This document shows positions 36,010 through 45,941 of a DNA stretch of 64,000 nucleotides, in pieces. This DNA comes from a virus. Taxonomy: Duplodnaviria; Heunggongvirae; Uroviricota; Caudoviricetes. Both the position numbers and the translations under genes were made by a program. The notes beneath the pieces are model-generated. The model searched no databases and was not told the origin of the DNA. It worked only from the letters and a program-made list of their open reading frames with translations. The stretch's first letter is position 1; each line of letters starts with the position of its first letter. The stretch lies in IMG/VR virus record IMGVR_UViG_3300025072_002801, one strand, 5' to 3'.

Positions 36010-36368
36010 GTGTACCAGCTTGGGAATTGGCATCAGTAGAGATGCTTGTTCCAGTATATATAAATTGTCACATGAGCCTAGAAAATAGCAATGACATTAG
36101 TAAAATTAAAGTTTTTGGATATGTAAATATGATTAAAGGAATTCTATATTTGCATGACGAATTGCCAGAAGGTGTTGATGAAGAGGAGTTTAAGAAAGCC
36201 GCACTAAATGCAGTAAAAAACCCTCCTCAGCCGATCCTTCCAGTTGTCCCAGAAGAACTTTATAGCAGATTTCATGAAGTTCAATCTATACAAGTACCAG
36301 AGAGAGCTTTTAAGTCTGATCCACCCGAACGTCCAAAAGAGGAAGAAGAAGATGCCAGAGAAGATTAA
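36006..36368 (+). CDS. Hypothetical protein
   Basis: 120-aa ORF, ATGA-coupled to the upstream gene. Confidence 0.45.
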   Translation: MSVPAWELASVEMLVPVYINCHMSLENSNDISKIKVFGYVNMIKGILYLHDELPEGVDEEEFKKAALNAVKNPPQPILPVVPEELYSRFHEVQSIQVPERAFKSDPPERPKEEEEDARED

Positions 36369-36579
36369 TCTAAGCGTTGGTGGAGGAAGCTCATCCCCTT
36401 GGTTCCCAATAAAATGCACCACACATGAACAGGTGATTAAAGAGATAAAGAGACATAGATATGAGCCAAAAGTTACCGCAAAGTTAATTAAGGCTGTTAA
36501 ATCATATCCAAACAATGCAATTGGATCTTTTATTAAAAACTTTAACACTCATTTGGCAAAAGCTCAAGGAAAAAAGTAA
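36352..36579 (+). CDS. Hypothetical small basic protein
   Basis: Internal Met of the tracked ORF 36244-36579 chosen to avoid overlap. Confidence 0.35.
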   Translation: MPEKINLSVGGGSSSPWFPIKCTTHEQVIKEIKRHRYEPKVTAKLIKAVKSYPNNAIGSFIKNFNTHLAKAQGKK

Positions 36580-36618
36580 ATTTATACTCTGATAGTAATA
36601 TCCTAAGGAGTATAAATT

Positions 36619-37239
36619 ATGGCTAATATAAATACAGGGAGACACGTTGTATCTCCTGGCGAAGATCGTAGAAAGAAAGTATTGGATGCTGGTGGAGGAG
36701 TTGTAGATGTAAGCCAACTATCTCCCGAAGACAGAGCGAAGTTTATCGCATCCCAAGAAGCAAACAAGCCTCTAGGCGAATGTTGCAAAGCACCCGATAA
36801 AACATTGGATGACCTCAAAAAGGTGTTAGAGCCTTGTTCTGTAGACAGTCTTCCAAAAGTGACTGTCACACCAGACGCACAGCAGTTCATTCCTACAAGA
36901 CAGGCTGGCTTGGCTGGTTTTGATGTTGTGGCTAATGTAGATGCAGATGGCGCTGGAAGAAAGGTTATTTCATTGCCGCCACGAGGAAGTGTGACCGTGG
37001 ATTGCGGGTTTTATATTAACGTCCCAGATAATATGTCAGCATTCATTTCTATCAGTGATGAATTGGCTGAAGCTGGCGTTATAATTAAAAACGCCCCTGC
37101 TGTTGTCAGAAACGGAGATAGAGCCAAGATTATGGTCGCAAACATAAGCAAAGGTTCTGTAATCAACATAGATCATGGACAAAAAGTTGCGCAACTTAGA
37201 TTGGTTGAAACTGTCTTCTTTGATGTTGAGGTTGGATAA
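36619..37239 (+). CDS. dUTPase-fold (dUTPase/dCTP-deaminase-like) protein with an about 75-aa N-terminal extension
   Basis: QAGLAGFDVVA (motif 1-2 like GSAGLDL), GSVINIDHGQKVAQLRLVE (motif 4-like); motif 3 is degenerate and there is no C-terminal motif 5 (GFGSTG). Confidence 0.45.
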   Translation: MANINTGRHVVSPGEDRRKKVLDAGGGVVDVSQLSPEDRAKFIASQEANKPLGECCKAPDKTLDDLKKVLEPCSVDSLPKVTVTPDAQQFIPTRQAGLAGFDVVANVDADGAGRKVISLPPRGSVTVDCGFYINVPDNMSAFISISDELAEAGVIIKNAPAVVRNGDRAKIMVANISKGSVINIDHGQKVAQLRLVETVFFDVEVG

Positions 37240-37339
37240 TGAAAAATCCGTGGATTGAAAATGATGAAAACAGCATTAAGGTCAATGTGACTTTTGATTC
37301 AGGAAAAATGCACGTTACAATTGGAAAAGGTAGTTTGAA

Positions 37340-37546
37340 ATGAAAAAAGTATTTGTAGTTTTCAAAGTTGCACGTCAGGTACAAGGCGAATACGTCATGG
37401 TCCAAACTTTGGGCGTTTTTAATTCATCTCAAACAGCAGAGAAGTTTGGGAAGTCCCAAGCAAAAGGTACTGAATTAGTGGCAACCCCAGAAGGAAAAGT
37501 GGAATGCCATTGCGAAGTCGGAATACATGAAGCAGAGCTTAAATAA
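37340..37546 (+). CDS. Hypothetical small protein
   Basis: 68-aa ORF. Confidence 0.4.
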   Translation: MKKVFVVFKVARQVQGEYVMVQTLGVFNSSQTAEKFGKSQAKGTELVATPEGKVECHCEVGIHEAELK

Positions 37547-37554
37547 GGAATCTA

Positions 37555-38319
37555 ATGGAATCTAATAAAATTATTACGCCCCACAATCCTCTTGAGGGCG
37601 AAAAGCCAGAAATGAACATCCCACTGAGGGATAACACGGATGAGCAAGTTTCTATAATTATCGTTCATAGAAATAAGCCAGATTATCTTAGCATGTTGCT
37701 TCAATCTATCACAGTTACAAGTTTTAACAATAACTATGAAATCATTGTTGTTGATAATGGATCTGGTAAGGAGTCGCAAGATTTCTTGGATGAATTAGAG
37801 CAAGAAGGCGAAATAAAAATAATTAGAAATGAAGAGAATTTGTATTGGAGCGCAGCAGCAAACAAAGGCGCTGCTGCGGCTGATGAAAATTCAAAGCATT
37901 TTATATTCATGCATCATGATGTTGTAGTTCTTCACCCAGGCTGGATTGATCTTTTTGTGAATGTAGCAGAAGGGCGTGAATCTGGAATCGTTGGAACAGA
38001 ACTTGCAGAATACATGATTGCAGGACAAAAGGTTTCATATCTGCAAGAGTGGTGCTTGTTGGTTAGCAGAGAAGTGTGGGGGTATGTGGGTCCGTTTGAA
38101 GAATCATTGCCACAAGTAGGGCATTCTTTCGTTCTTACATTCAAAGCACAAAAAATGGGATTCAAGCCTCAAATTATCGGAACATCAGTTGTTCATCATT
38201 ACAGAGTGTTTGAGCTTGATATTAACGATTATGAAAGGTTGATAGAAACTGCAATGACAGAAATTCCAAAGCTGATTACAGACATTCAAAGCAAGCCTCT
38301 GAATAACCCCATTCTATAA
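37555..38319 (+). CDS. Family-2 glycosyltransferase (GT-A fold)
   Basis: IIIVHRNKPDYLSMLLQSI...YEIIVVDNGS (DxD region) then ...FMHHDVVV. Confidence 0.7.
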   Translation: MESNKIITPHNPLEGEKPEMNIPLRDNTDEQVSIIIVHRNKPDYLSMLLQSITVTSFNNNYEIIVVDNGSGKESQDFLDELEQEGEIKIIRNEENLYWSAAANKGAAAADENSKHFIFMHHDVVVLHPGWIDLFVNVAEGRESGIVGTELAEYMIAGQKVSYLQEWCLLVSREVWGYVGPFEESLPQVGHSFVLTFKAQKMGFKPQIIGTSVVHHYRVFELDINDYERLIETAMTEIPKLITDIQSKPLNNPIL

Positions 38320-38357
38320 CCATATATATCACTAGGTTATTTAAGGGAGAATTTAAT

Positions 38358-38489
38358 ATGGTACAAACTCCATCAGATGAAGTTGTTATAAATTTTGGAA
38401 ATCAAACTGTAACTGGACACTTGCAATTTGTTCCATCTAACATAACAGCCTCAGATTTAGAGACAAGTTCGTCAGTTTCAATGTTATAA
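38358..38489 (+). CDS. Possible 43-aa ORF
   Basis: AGGGAG RBS 8 nt upstream of the ATG; ends at the terminator; below the ORF-track cutoff. Confidence 0.3.
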   Translation: MVQTPSDEVVINFGNQTVTGHLQFVPSNITASDLETSSSVSML

Positions 38490-38520
38490 AAAAACGCCCC
38501 CTAGCTAGGGGGCGTTTTTT
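38489..38520. terminator. Bidirectional rho-independent terminator between convergent genes
   Basis: AAAAACGCCCCCTAG/CTAGGGGGCGTTTTTT perfect palindrome. Confidence 0.8.
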
Positions 38521-38522
38521 AT

Positions 38523-39905
38523 TTACTCTGGTGTTTCCTCATCCCTGAGTCCTATCAGATCCATGAATTTTCCAGCATTCCCAGATTTAACTTCTTCATT
38601 GATCCATTCACCAGATTCTTTCGCCGCTTCTTTTCTCTTTTCCATTTCTTTTTTTGAAGCAGCACGCTGCGCATCAGATCCTCTTCCAATGTCGCTCAAA
38701 CATGTAAATATATTGTCCCTTAAAACACGTTCATCTGTAACGTTGATGTTTTGCAGGATTATACTTCTCATTGTAGAGCAGTCTTCGCCAGGAGTAGCTT
38801 TTTCTTCTTTTTCTCCACGAATTTTTTGGAGTTTGATTTCCCATTTTTTAAGCATTTGCTTTCCAAACAGTTCATACGCAAGATTCTTCTGAGTTAGATT
38901 TTTATCTTGCCACTTTTTAACTTTGCCAACGGCAAGGTCAATAAGTTCATTTAATTTCGCAGTGATTAGATCTGTCTTCTCCTTGGCATGAGGGAAGTAT
39001 GAGATAATTTCTTCCTCTTCCCCTTCCAGCACTTTTGGAACAAGTCTCTTCATAGACAATTCACCAATGAAGTGATGTTTTTCAACATAGCCTGGATCTT
39101 TGACTTTGACACGTTTCCCTGTATTTCTATCTCGGAAGACGTATCCTTCAAAGTCAGGAGTATCTTTGTTGATTTCATCCATCATTCTTTGAATTTCGCT
39201 TTGATCATCAATGGAATCCCATCGTCGTGGTCTAAAAGCCCCGATACGATCTGCGATTTCATCTAGTTGATCTTCGCAAGACTCTCTGTGCGTTTCTATA
39301 TTTCTTGCTCCCAAGAGATATAGACCGTATTGTTCCTTTTTATACTTTGTCAATACAGCACTTGCTTCATGGATGAATTCAAACACATAGGTGTGTGGCA
39401 TATCTCCTTTATGGAATTTTAAGTCTAAAACATATGTTCCAATCAGAGGCATGAATTCATATCTTTTGCCATAGAAGCTAGTGAGTTGCATTTGCATATC
39501 TTGATCTGAATCAGACACCATTTTTCTGGTGTGCCAATTTGGATTTTTTGCTAGTTCGTTTGGGAAGAACACTCCAACCATCGTGCCGTCCATTTTTTCT
39601 AGCATTTCAGCGTTGGACATATCGACAGGATCAGCGCCTTTTTCTGCCTTGTTCAGAAATCGCACGAATGGGAAGCTGGCGATAAGCGAAAGTGGATCTC
39701 CATTAAAGCCATCGACTTTTCGCACAACCATACCTCTCACTAGACGATTGTATTCGTTTCGTCCACCAGGAGCGTAATTCAGTACCCAGTATTGTCCTTT
39801 ATCTCCCCAATGGATTTCTTGGCGATTTAGCCATTCTGCATCGCCATCAACCAAAGCTTGGATAATAGTGCGTAAATTGTCTTTTTCGACTTGTGTGGTT
39901 TCCAT
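38523..39905 (-). CDS. ATP-dependent RNA ligase (T4 Rnl1-like nucleotidyltransferase)
   Basis: Motif I EKMDGT (KxDG); motif IV EGYVFRD; motif V KVKDPGYVEKHH; N-terminal N-x-W...Y region; Lys/Glu-rich C-terminal tail. Confidence 0.6.
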   Translation of the reverse strand: METTQVEKDNLRTIIQALVDGDAEWLNRQEIHWGDKGQYWVLNYAPGGRNEYNRLVRGMVVRKVDGFNGDPLSLIASFPFVRFLNKAEKGADPVDMSNAEMLEKMDGTMVGVFFPNELAKNPNWHTRKMVSDSDQDMQMQLTSFYGKRYEFMPLIGTYVLDLKFHKGDMPHTYVFEFIHEASAVLTKYKKEQYGLYLLGARNIETHRESCEDQLDEIADRIGAFRPRRWDSIDDQSEIQRMMDEINKDTPDFEGYVFRDRNTGKRVKVKDPGYVEKHHFIGELSMKRLVPKVLEGEEEEIISYFPHAKEKTDLITAKLNELIDLAVGKVKKWQDKNLTQKNLAYELFGKQMLKKWEIKLQKIRGEKEEKATPGEDCSTMRSIILQNINVTDERVLRDNIFTCLSDIGRGSDAQRAASKKEMEKRKEAAKESGEWINEEVKSGNAGKFMDLIGLRDEETPE

Positions 39906-40044
39906 TTTTATCTCCCTTTATTCGATGTTGTTGCTTGAGATTGGACAATCTGACAACATATTTCCAAATTATACTCAATAAATGGTCAATTGTAAACAAA
40001 GTTCCGAAACATACATAAGATATAACCTTTTTTAGGAGGATGAT

Positions 40045-40710
40045 TTGGCAAAATCTCGAACAGCGAGTCGTAAAAAAAACAGTAAGTTTCACATGGAATT
40101 CCTAAACACGCACCAGCAGATAGCTTATGGAGCCTATCAGCAGCATGACATTATATTCCTTCTTGGTCCAGCAGGTGTAGGCAAAACTCACTTGGCAATG
40201 TCATTTGCGATAAATGACATTTTGGCAGGGGATAAAAGCAAGGTTGTTTTGACCCGTCCGATTGTTGAAGCTGGGGAAAGCCTTGGCTATTTGCCAGGAG
40301 ATTTTGAAGAAAAGGTAAATCCTTATATGCTTCCTATGTTTGACTGCTTGGAGAAGATGGTTGGAAAAGGAGAAACGCCTCAAAAAGACACGTTGAAAAG
40401 GGCGATTGAAGTTGCGCCTTTGGCGTACATGAGAGGACGCACTTTTGACGATTCTGTTTGCATTTTTGATGAGGCTCAAAACGCGACTAAGACGCAATTG
40501 AAGTTGTTCTTAAGTCGCTTGGGCAAGGACAGCAAAATGATTATTACGGGAGATCCAAATCAAAGTGACCGTCATAGTGTAGGTGATGTGCATTTAGAAG
40601 ATGTTGTCCACAGGCTTGAGAACGTTAAAGGCGTGTCCATCATACGTTTTGACAACTCAGCAATTGTTAGGCATGAACTTGTAGGAAAGATTTTAGATAA
40701 GTTAGTATAA
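40045..40710 (+). CDS. phoH: PhoH-like ATPase
   Basis: GPAGVGKTHLA Walker A; DEAQN Walker B; GDPNQSD; overall PhoH-family length and order. Confidence 0.85.
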   Translation: MAKSRTASRKKNSKFHMEFLNTHQQIAYGAYQQHDIIFLLGPAGVGKTHLAMSFAINDILAGDKSKVVLTRPIVEAGESLGYLPGDFEEKVNPYMLPMFDCLEKMVGKGETPQKDTLKRAIEVAPLAYMRGRTFDDSVCIFDEAQNATKTQLKLFLSRLGKDSKMIITGDPNQSDRHSVGDVHLEDVVHRLENVKGVSIIRFDNSAIVRHELVGKILDKLV

Positions 40711-40711
40711 T

Positions 40712-42184
40712 ATGGCACTTCTTACATACGTAGTTTCCGAACCAGTAATTACAGTGACCCCAGAGTCTACGATAGTCGCATCTTGTGACTTCAATGATAA
40801 TAGGGACTTTAGTTGGGATGTAATTACTGAGCCGATTCTTTATAATTTCCGAGTAGAATCGGAATGTAGCACCGAATTGAATTGCAATCCTGATTCCGAT
40901 CAAGATTGCAATATCAGTATGTTTGGCGTAGATTCCCCAGGAGAGCGAGTTGTAATTAACGTGGTTGCAACAGACGTTTCTGACGTGTGCCAACAATTGT
41001 CTGATCGTGGGTTTGATTTTTTGATAAGCAGTATCAAAAAATTTAGTCGCCCCTTTGATCGTTCTCAGAGAGAAGCGTTAGAAGCCGCTGGGTTTGATTT
41101 TACATGTAACACTTTAGAAGAACAAGATCTTGGTAATGCCGAGTGTGATGAATTTATTTTGACGAGTGGAGAATTCGACTTCACAGTCACAGCAACAGTT
41201 ACAACTTCGGGAGGAATATTTTTCTCATATCCTCCAGATGAAGGTGGTGGACTGTTTATTATGTACACATCGCCAACAGTCACAGTTGCGCCTGAATCAA
41301 CATTGGGGATTAGTTCTGGAGTAGCATTTTCTTACATATCTAATGCTGCTGTGACGGTTACTAGTGAATCTGAAATGTCGTCAGGCACAGATCTAGGGGT
41401 ATTGTCTACAGCAGGCAGTTCCCTGGTGTCTCTGTTGGACTTTGTGGCATTTTTTGGCACTACGACAGGAGCGACATTGGAGGGACTGGAAGAGACTTTA
41501 ATACCAGTAGATTGCGATTGCAATCCGCTTCCTTCTACTTTGGAATTGCATCACAACATTGTGAGGGGTGACAATCCTTTGCAGTTTTTCTTGACCAGAA
41601 ATTCGTTAGATTTTGCTAGTCCAGCAGATTTGGTATTCAGTCGAGGTAATGTGTCTGACATACAGTACGATGGTGCGTGGCAAGAAATAAATAGTTTCTC
41701 TGGGCTCGGAAATTCAGGAGATCAAGAAAGTTGGTCAGTTTCTTCTGAATGGTCTTGTACCGATCAACAGAGTGCCTTTGACCTGGACGGAGCATTTTAT
41801 TGGAGGTTTTCCATCTACATTAGGCAAAATCTTTATGATGGAACATATAGGGATACGAGAATATTGGTAAGGTTCTCATCTGTGGGAGTTTGTTTGACAG
41901 ATGTTGGCAAAGATATAGATTTTGTGTTCGATTTAGACACAGAAAACAAGACTGTTTCTGTCGTAAGAGGGGAGGCAACTATAAGTTCAATTGTGTTGAG
42001 AGATGGAATTGGGCTATTTAAAACAAAAGAATGGACAGAAGATCCAAATTTACGAATTAAGATTACTAAATTAGATTTGTCAACAGTCGCTCCAAGACTG
42101 GACATTAGCCCACTTTTCCCAGATCAACCTTCCCCGCAATTAGTCGCTGAAGACGAATCCGGGGTTTTTGTAGAGGTCCAATAA
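40712..42184 (+). CDS. Hypothetical large protein (possibly virion-associated)
   Basis: 490-aa Ser/Thr/Val-rich ORF with no catalytic motifs; ATGA-coupled to phoH. Confidence 0.45.
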   Translation: MALLTYVVSEPVITVTPESTIVASCDFNDNRDFSWDVITEPILYNFRVESECSTELNCNPDSDQDCNISMFGVDSPGERVVINVVATDVSDVCQQLSDRGFDFLISSIKKFSRPFDRSQREALEAAGFDFTCNTLEEQDLGNAECDEFILTSGEFDFTVTATVTTSGGIFFSYPPDEGGGLFIMYTSPTVTVAPESTLGISSGVAFSYISNAAVTVTSESEMSSGTDLGVLSTAGSSLVSLLDFVAFFGTTTGATLEGLEETLIPVDCDCNPLPSTLELHHNIVRGDNPLQFFLTRNSLDFASPADLVFSRGNVSDIQYDGAWQEINSFSGLGNSGDQESWSVSSEWSCTDQQSAFDLDGAFYWRFSIYIRQNLYDGTYRDTRILVRFSSVGVCLTDVGKDIDFVFDLDTENKTVSVVRGEATISSIVLRDGIGLFKTKEWTEDPNLRIKITKLDLSTVAPRLDISPLFPDQPSPQLVAEDESGVFVEVQ

Positions 42185-42543
42185 TGGGAACAATATTAAC
42201 GATTTTATTTTGCATATTGCTTGTAGTAGGAGCAATATGTTCAATTGCTGGTTTTTTAATCGCAATGTCACTGTCTAATCTACTAGTCAACTTGAATGAA
42301 AGGTTGGCTCAATTGGTAGAAATTTTGTTTGTTTTAGGAGAACAAAAGAAGGCGATTGATCCATCAATAGAAAGAATTCCAGGTCGAGGACAGGGATTAC
42401 AAGATTTGAAAAATAACGGAACATATGATCCACGGCATGCAACGCAGGCTCAACCGTCGCCAGAGATGAAGTGGGGAGAAAACACCCCAATCGCTCCTGA
42501 TGGTAATCCAGCTAATGGAACGTGGGACAAAAACTTACAATAA
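42184..42543 (+). CDS. Membrane protein
   Basis: N-terminal TM ILTILFCILLVVGAICSIAGFLIAM. Confidence 0.45.
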   Translation: MGTILTILFCILLVVGAICSIAGFLIAMSLSNLLVNLNERLAQLVEILFVLGEQKKAIDPSIERIPGRGQGLQDLKNNGTYDPRHATQAQPSPEMKWGENTPIAPDGNPANGTWDKNLQ

Positions 42544-42625
42544 AACTTGCAAACTGCTAAAGTAGTGGTTTGAAACTAACGATACTAACGTAAAATATAC
42601 ATAAAGAATAACTAAGGACAACTAT

Positions 42626-43153
42626 ATGTTAACTATAAATAAACGTAATGAACTAATACTTTCACATATGCCACTAGCTGATAAAATAGCTTTTTATAAA
42701 AAAGGAAAAGTTCCTTATTTCATAGATGTTGATGAACTAAAATCAGCAGCGTATTTTGGACTTGTAGACGCAGCATGCAAATATAACCCAAAATACAAGT
42801 CTTTCGCAGGATATGCATCTATTAGAATTTCTGGGTCAATCTGTGACTTTCTCAGATCATTGGGTTGGGGAAGCAAATGTCAATACACTGTCATTTTTTG
42901 CGATGAAGATTCTCCTTTAGATTCATGGAAAGAAGCCGATCCAGAAGATGATTGGCAATCTTTTAAGGATGTAATTAAAAAATTGGACAAAATTGAGCAA
43001 CAGGTCTTGATGTGGTATTATGGTGAAGGCTATAATATGAGAGAAATCGGAGACAAGCTAGATGTTAGCGAGTCCCGAATCAGTCAGATAATCAAAAGAT
43101 GCAAGATTTTACTGAAAAGACAGTGGGAAGATAAAAAGGATGAATTGTACTAA
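42626..43153 (+). CDS. Sigma-70-family RNA polymerase sigma factor (regions 2 and 4 only; sigma-28/ECF-like size)
   Basis: Region 2 LVDAACKYNPKYKSFAGYASIRISGSICDFLRS; region 4 HTH QQVLMWYYGEGYNMREIGDKLDVSESRISQIIKRC. Confidence 0.7.
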   Translation: MLTINKRNELILSHMPLADKIAFYKKGKVPYFIDVDELKSAAYFGLVDAACKYNPKYKSFAGYASIRISGSICDFLRSLGWGSKCQYTVIFCDEDSPLDSWKEADPEDDWQSFKDVIKKLDKIEQQVLMWYYGEGYNMREIGDKLDVSESRISQIIKRCKILLKRQWEDKKDELY

Positions 43154-44033
43154 TAAAATTTACGCCCCTATATTATGCGTATTTTTGCTAACATCGTCAG
43201 TTTTTGCGGTGGACTATAATGTTCGAACATCAACAGGAAGTGTTGGCATACCAATTCCTACAGGAGTTGCTGAATTAGATCCATCTATAGAAATAAAAAA
43301 TTGGTGGAGAGGCGTTTCTGGGGATTTTGAGGTAATTAGTCTTGATGATGAAAAAGGAAAATGGATTGAAAATAATATCAATAAATTCAAAAATGAAATT
43401 TTGCCAAAGTGGGGACTGCCAAATGTGAAAATTACCGCCCCTGTCAGGGTCATTTTGGTCCCTGACAAAGAAATCATGAAAAAGCTTTTCAGAATAGAGG
43501 AATCGAGAATTGAAGTTTTTCGTGATTATAAAGGGGAAAAAATTCATGTCATTTACATGGTTACAGAAGATACTGTAGAAAGTACAGTAAATCCCTGTTT
43601 GATGAAAATGATGTTGGCAGAATTCGCTCTTGAGCAAAATTTAAAATTTCCTTTTTGGATATACCAAGGGATGTCTGGACTGTCTTCTTCCCCAAAGTCA
43701 GTTCGTGATATGTTGAGAAAAAACAAATATCAAAGTGTTGAAGATGTTTTTTCTGGAACAGAAGTAGAGTGGAGGAAGTTGGACGTTTATAATCGAGCGT
43801 CATTTGATTATCGGTGTATGGTTTTAACTTTGCTTTTAAGACAAGAGTTTGGAGAACGGAATTTACATAAGTATTTGAAAGCGGAATCCACAGATAGTAT
43901 AAAAGATGTGTATGGATTTAGGGATATTTCTCAATTTGATTCGGTTTACAAAAGGTATTCTGATGACTTGAAAGAAGCCTTTGATAGGAAAAGAGTCCCT
44001 GATAAATACTTGAAAATTTTACCTGCAAAATAA
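43140..44033 (+). CDS. Secreted hypothetical protein
   Basis: Signal peptide MNCTNKIYAPILCVFLLTSSVFAVDYN. Confidence 0.5.
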   Translation: MNCTNKIYAPILCVFLLTSSVFAVDYNVRTSTGSVGIPIPTGVAELDPSIEIKNWWRGVSGDFEVISLDDEKGKWIENNINKFKNEILPKWGLPNVKITAPVRVILVPDKEIMKKLFRIEESRIEVFRDYKGEKIHVIYMVTEDTVESTVNPCLMKMMLAEFALEQNLKFPFWIYQGMSGLSSSPKSVRDMLRKNKYQSVEDVFSGTEVEWRKLDVYNRASFDYRCMVLTLLLRQEFGERNLHKYLKAESTDSIKDVYGFRDISQFDSVYKRYSDDLKEAFDRKRVPDKYLKILPAK

Positions 44034-44045
44034 GAGGTTTTTAAA

Positions 44046-44339
44046 ATGTTTAGTTTAATCGGTTGGATAGTATACGGATTGATAGTAGGTCTTATTGCTA
44101 AGGCTTTACACCCAGGTGACGATCCAGTGGGTTTTGTCCCAACGGTAGGGATTGGTGTGGCTGGAAGTTTTGTTGGCGGATTTGTAAATTGGACAATAGG
44201 AAATGGACACTCGCCATTGGCAACATCAGGAATTATGATGGGTGTGGTTGGTGGCATTGCATTCTTGTTTGCTTACAGGTACATTCGTCTAAAGTGGCTG
44301 TCTGATGAGCCAAGAAGTTTTTGGACAGGCAAAAAATGA
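44046..44339 (+). CDS. GlsB/YeaQ/YmgE ('transglycosylase-associated') family small membrane protein
   Basis: GWIVYGLIVGLIAKALHPGDDPVGFVPTVGIGVAGSFVGGFV: Gly-zipper pattern characteristic of the family. Confidence 0.65.
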   Translation: MFSLIGWIVYGLIVGLIAKALHPGDDPVGFVPTVGIGVAGSFVGGFVNWTIGNGHSPLATSGIMMGVVGGIAFLFAYRYIRLKWLSDEPRSFWTGKK

Positions 44340-44584
44340 ATGATTTCCCGCCTGATGTAGTAGAGGCTCTTAAGAAACGATATTCAAAAATACCCCCCTT
44401 GGTATTTCATCGTTCTTGTGAGCGAGTACAGACAGTTGGAGAGTTGTTTGATGTGTTGGATGACTATCCTTATGAATGTCCAATAGTTTGGTCTGAGGAA
44501 AGCAAAAGATGGGTTACGACCAAAGATTTGTTTCAAACTGAAAATTTTGATTTATTTAAAGAGACTGAAAATGAAAGAGATTAA
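44336..44584 (+). CDS. Hypothetical small protein
   Basis: ATGA overlap with the upstream gene. Confidence 0.4.
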   Translation: MNDFPPDVVEALKKRYSKIPPLVFHRSCERVQTVGELFDVLDDYPYECPIVWSEESKRWVTTKDLFQTENFDLFKETENERD

Positions 44585-44882
44585 GACGCAAGAAGAATTG
44601 AATGAACTGTCTAGTTCTAAGATGGTAGTTGTAGATTTTTATGCAACTTGGTGCGGTCCATGCATGGCTTTATCGCCTGTGCTTGAAAAGATTTCAGAAG
44701 AAACTGAGAATTCAACAATTGTGAAAGTGAATACCGAAGAAGCACCATCGTTGGCAGAGAAGTATAAAATTTCTGCAATACCAGCGATTCTCTTCATCAA
44801 AGATGGAGAAGAAGTTGAAAGATTGGTTGGTTTACAATCTGAGGCAAACATTAAAAGTAAATTGGAGACTTTAAGTGAGTAG
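44571..44882 (+). CDS. trx: Thioredoxin
   Basis: VVDFYATWCGPCM active site; thioredoxin length. Confidence 0.8.
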   Translation: MKEIKTQEELNELSSSKMVVVDFYATWCGPCMALSPVLEKISEETENSTIVKVNTEEAPSLAEKYKISAIPAILFIKDGEEVERLVGLQSEANIKSKLETLSE

Positions 44883-45894
44883 AGTATTGTTGACCGGCGC
44901 TGGTGGTTTTATTGGCGCTCATTGTGTTGAGTATTTTTTAGAGAATACAGATTGGAATTTAGTTTTATTTGATTCCTTTCGACACAAAGGTCTTCATCAA
45001 AGACTGATCGACATAGTTGGCGATCAGCTTTTTGATGAACGTGTTGAAATTCATAAGGTTGATCTGTCTGTTCCAATTCCTGCCCCATTAGAAAATCTAG
45101 TTGCTGGCGATAAGCCAATTGACATGATAATCAATATGGCTTCTAACTCTGCTGTGGAGAGATCTACTCAAGATCCAACTGAATGTTTGAGAAATAATTT
45201 TGATTTGTCAATTAACATGTTGGAATTTGCTCGCAGAATAAAACCAAATCTTTTCATCCAGATTTCTACAGATGAAGTGTATGGTGAAGCACGCCCAGGA
45301 GAGGCACACAAGGAGTGGGATGAAATTATGCCTTCCAATCCTTATGCAGCATCGAAGGCTGCACAAGAGGCTGTGGCGATCTCCTATTGGCGAACCTATG
45401 GAGTTCCTGTTGTAATTACAAATACAATGAACGTAATCGGAGAAGCCCAAGATACAGAGAAGTTTCTTCCAAAAATCATAAAGATGGTAAATGCTGGAAA
45501 GACCATGCCAATTTATGGCGAAAGCATAGACAACATAGGCACGAGGTTTTATTTGCATGCAGCTAATTTTGCTGATGCACTTGTGTTTATTTCTAAAATG
45601 CCTCCAGCCAGCTATGATGGGGGGCATGGAGCCGACCGCCCAGACAGGTACAACATTGTTGGCGATTCTGAATTAAATAACTTGGAATTAGCACAAAAAG
45701 TTGCCGAATCGGTTGGAAAGCCTCTTAAGTGGGAGTTGGTATCTTCAGAATCGGCTCGCCCTGGATATGACCGCAGATATGCTCTGGATGGTCAAAAATT
45801 GGCGCAATTAGGGTGGAAACAGCCTATTTCGTTTGATGAGTCCATTCAAAGGATTGTAAAATGGACATTGGAAAAATCTCATTGGACAGCATGA
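44875..45894 (+). CDS. NAD-dependent nucleotide-sugar epimerase/dehydratase (SDR extended family, dTDP-glucose 4,6-dehydratase-like)
   Basis: LLTGAGGFIGAH Rossmann motif; YAASKAAQE (YxxxK catalytic dyad). Confidence 0.8.
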   Translation: MSRVLLTGAGGFIGAHCVEYFLENTDWNLVLFDSFRHKGLHQRLIDIVGDQLFDERVEIHKVDLSVPIPAPLENLVAGDKPIDMIINMASNSAVERSTQDPTECLRNNFDLSINMLEFARRIKPNLFIQISTDEVYGEARPGEAHKEWDEIMPSNPYAASKAAQEAVAISYWRTYGVPVVITNTMNVIGEAQDTEKFLPKIIKMVNAGKTMPIYGESIDNIGTRFYLHAANFADALVFISKMPPASYDGGHGADRPDRYNIVGDSELNNLELAQKVAESVGKPLKWELVSSESARPGYDRRYALDGQKLAQLGWKQPISFDESIQRIVKWTLEKSHWTA

Positions 45895-45907
45895 GATATT
45901 TTTCTTG

Positions 45908-45936
45908 TTGTCAAATCGACTCATCTCAAGTATGAT
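45908..45936 (+). promoter_or_regulatory. Sigma-70-like promoter TTGTCA-17-TATGAT
   Basis: Exact 17-nt spacer; AAG immediately 5' of the -10 element, as in the other copies. Confidence 0.45.
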
Positions 45937-45941
45937 GTAGT

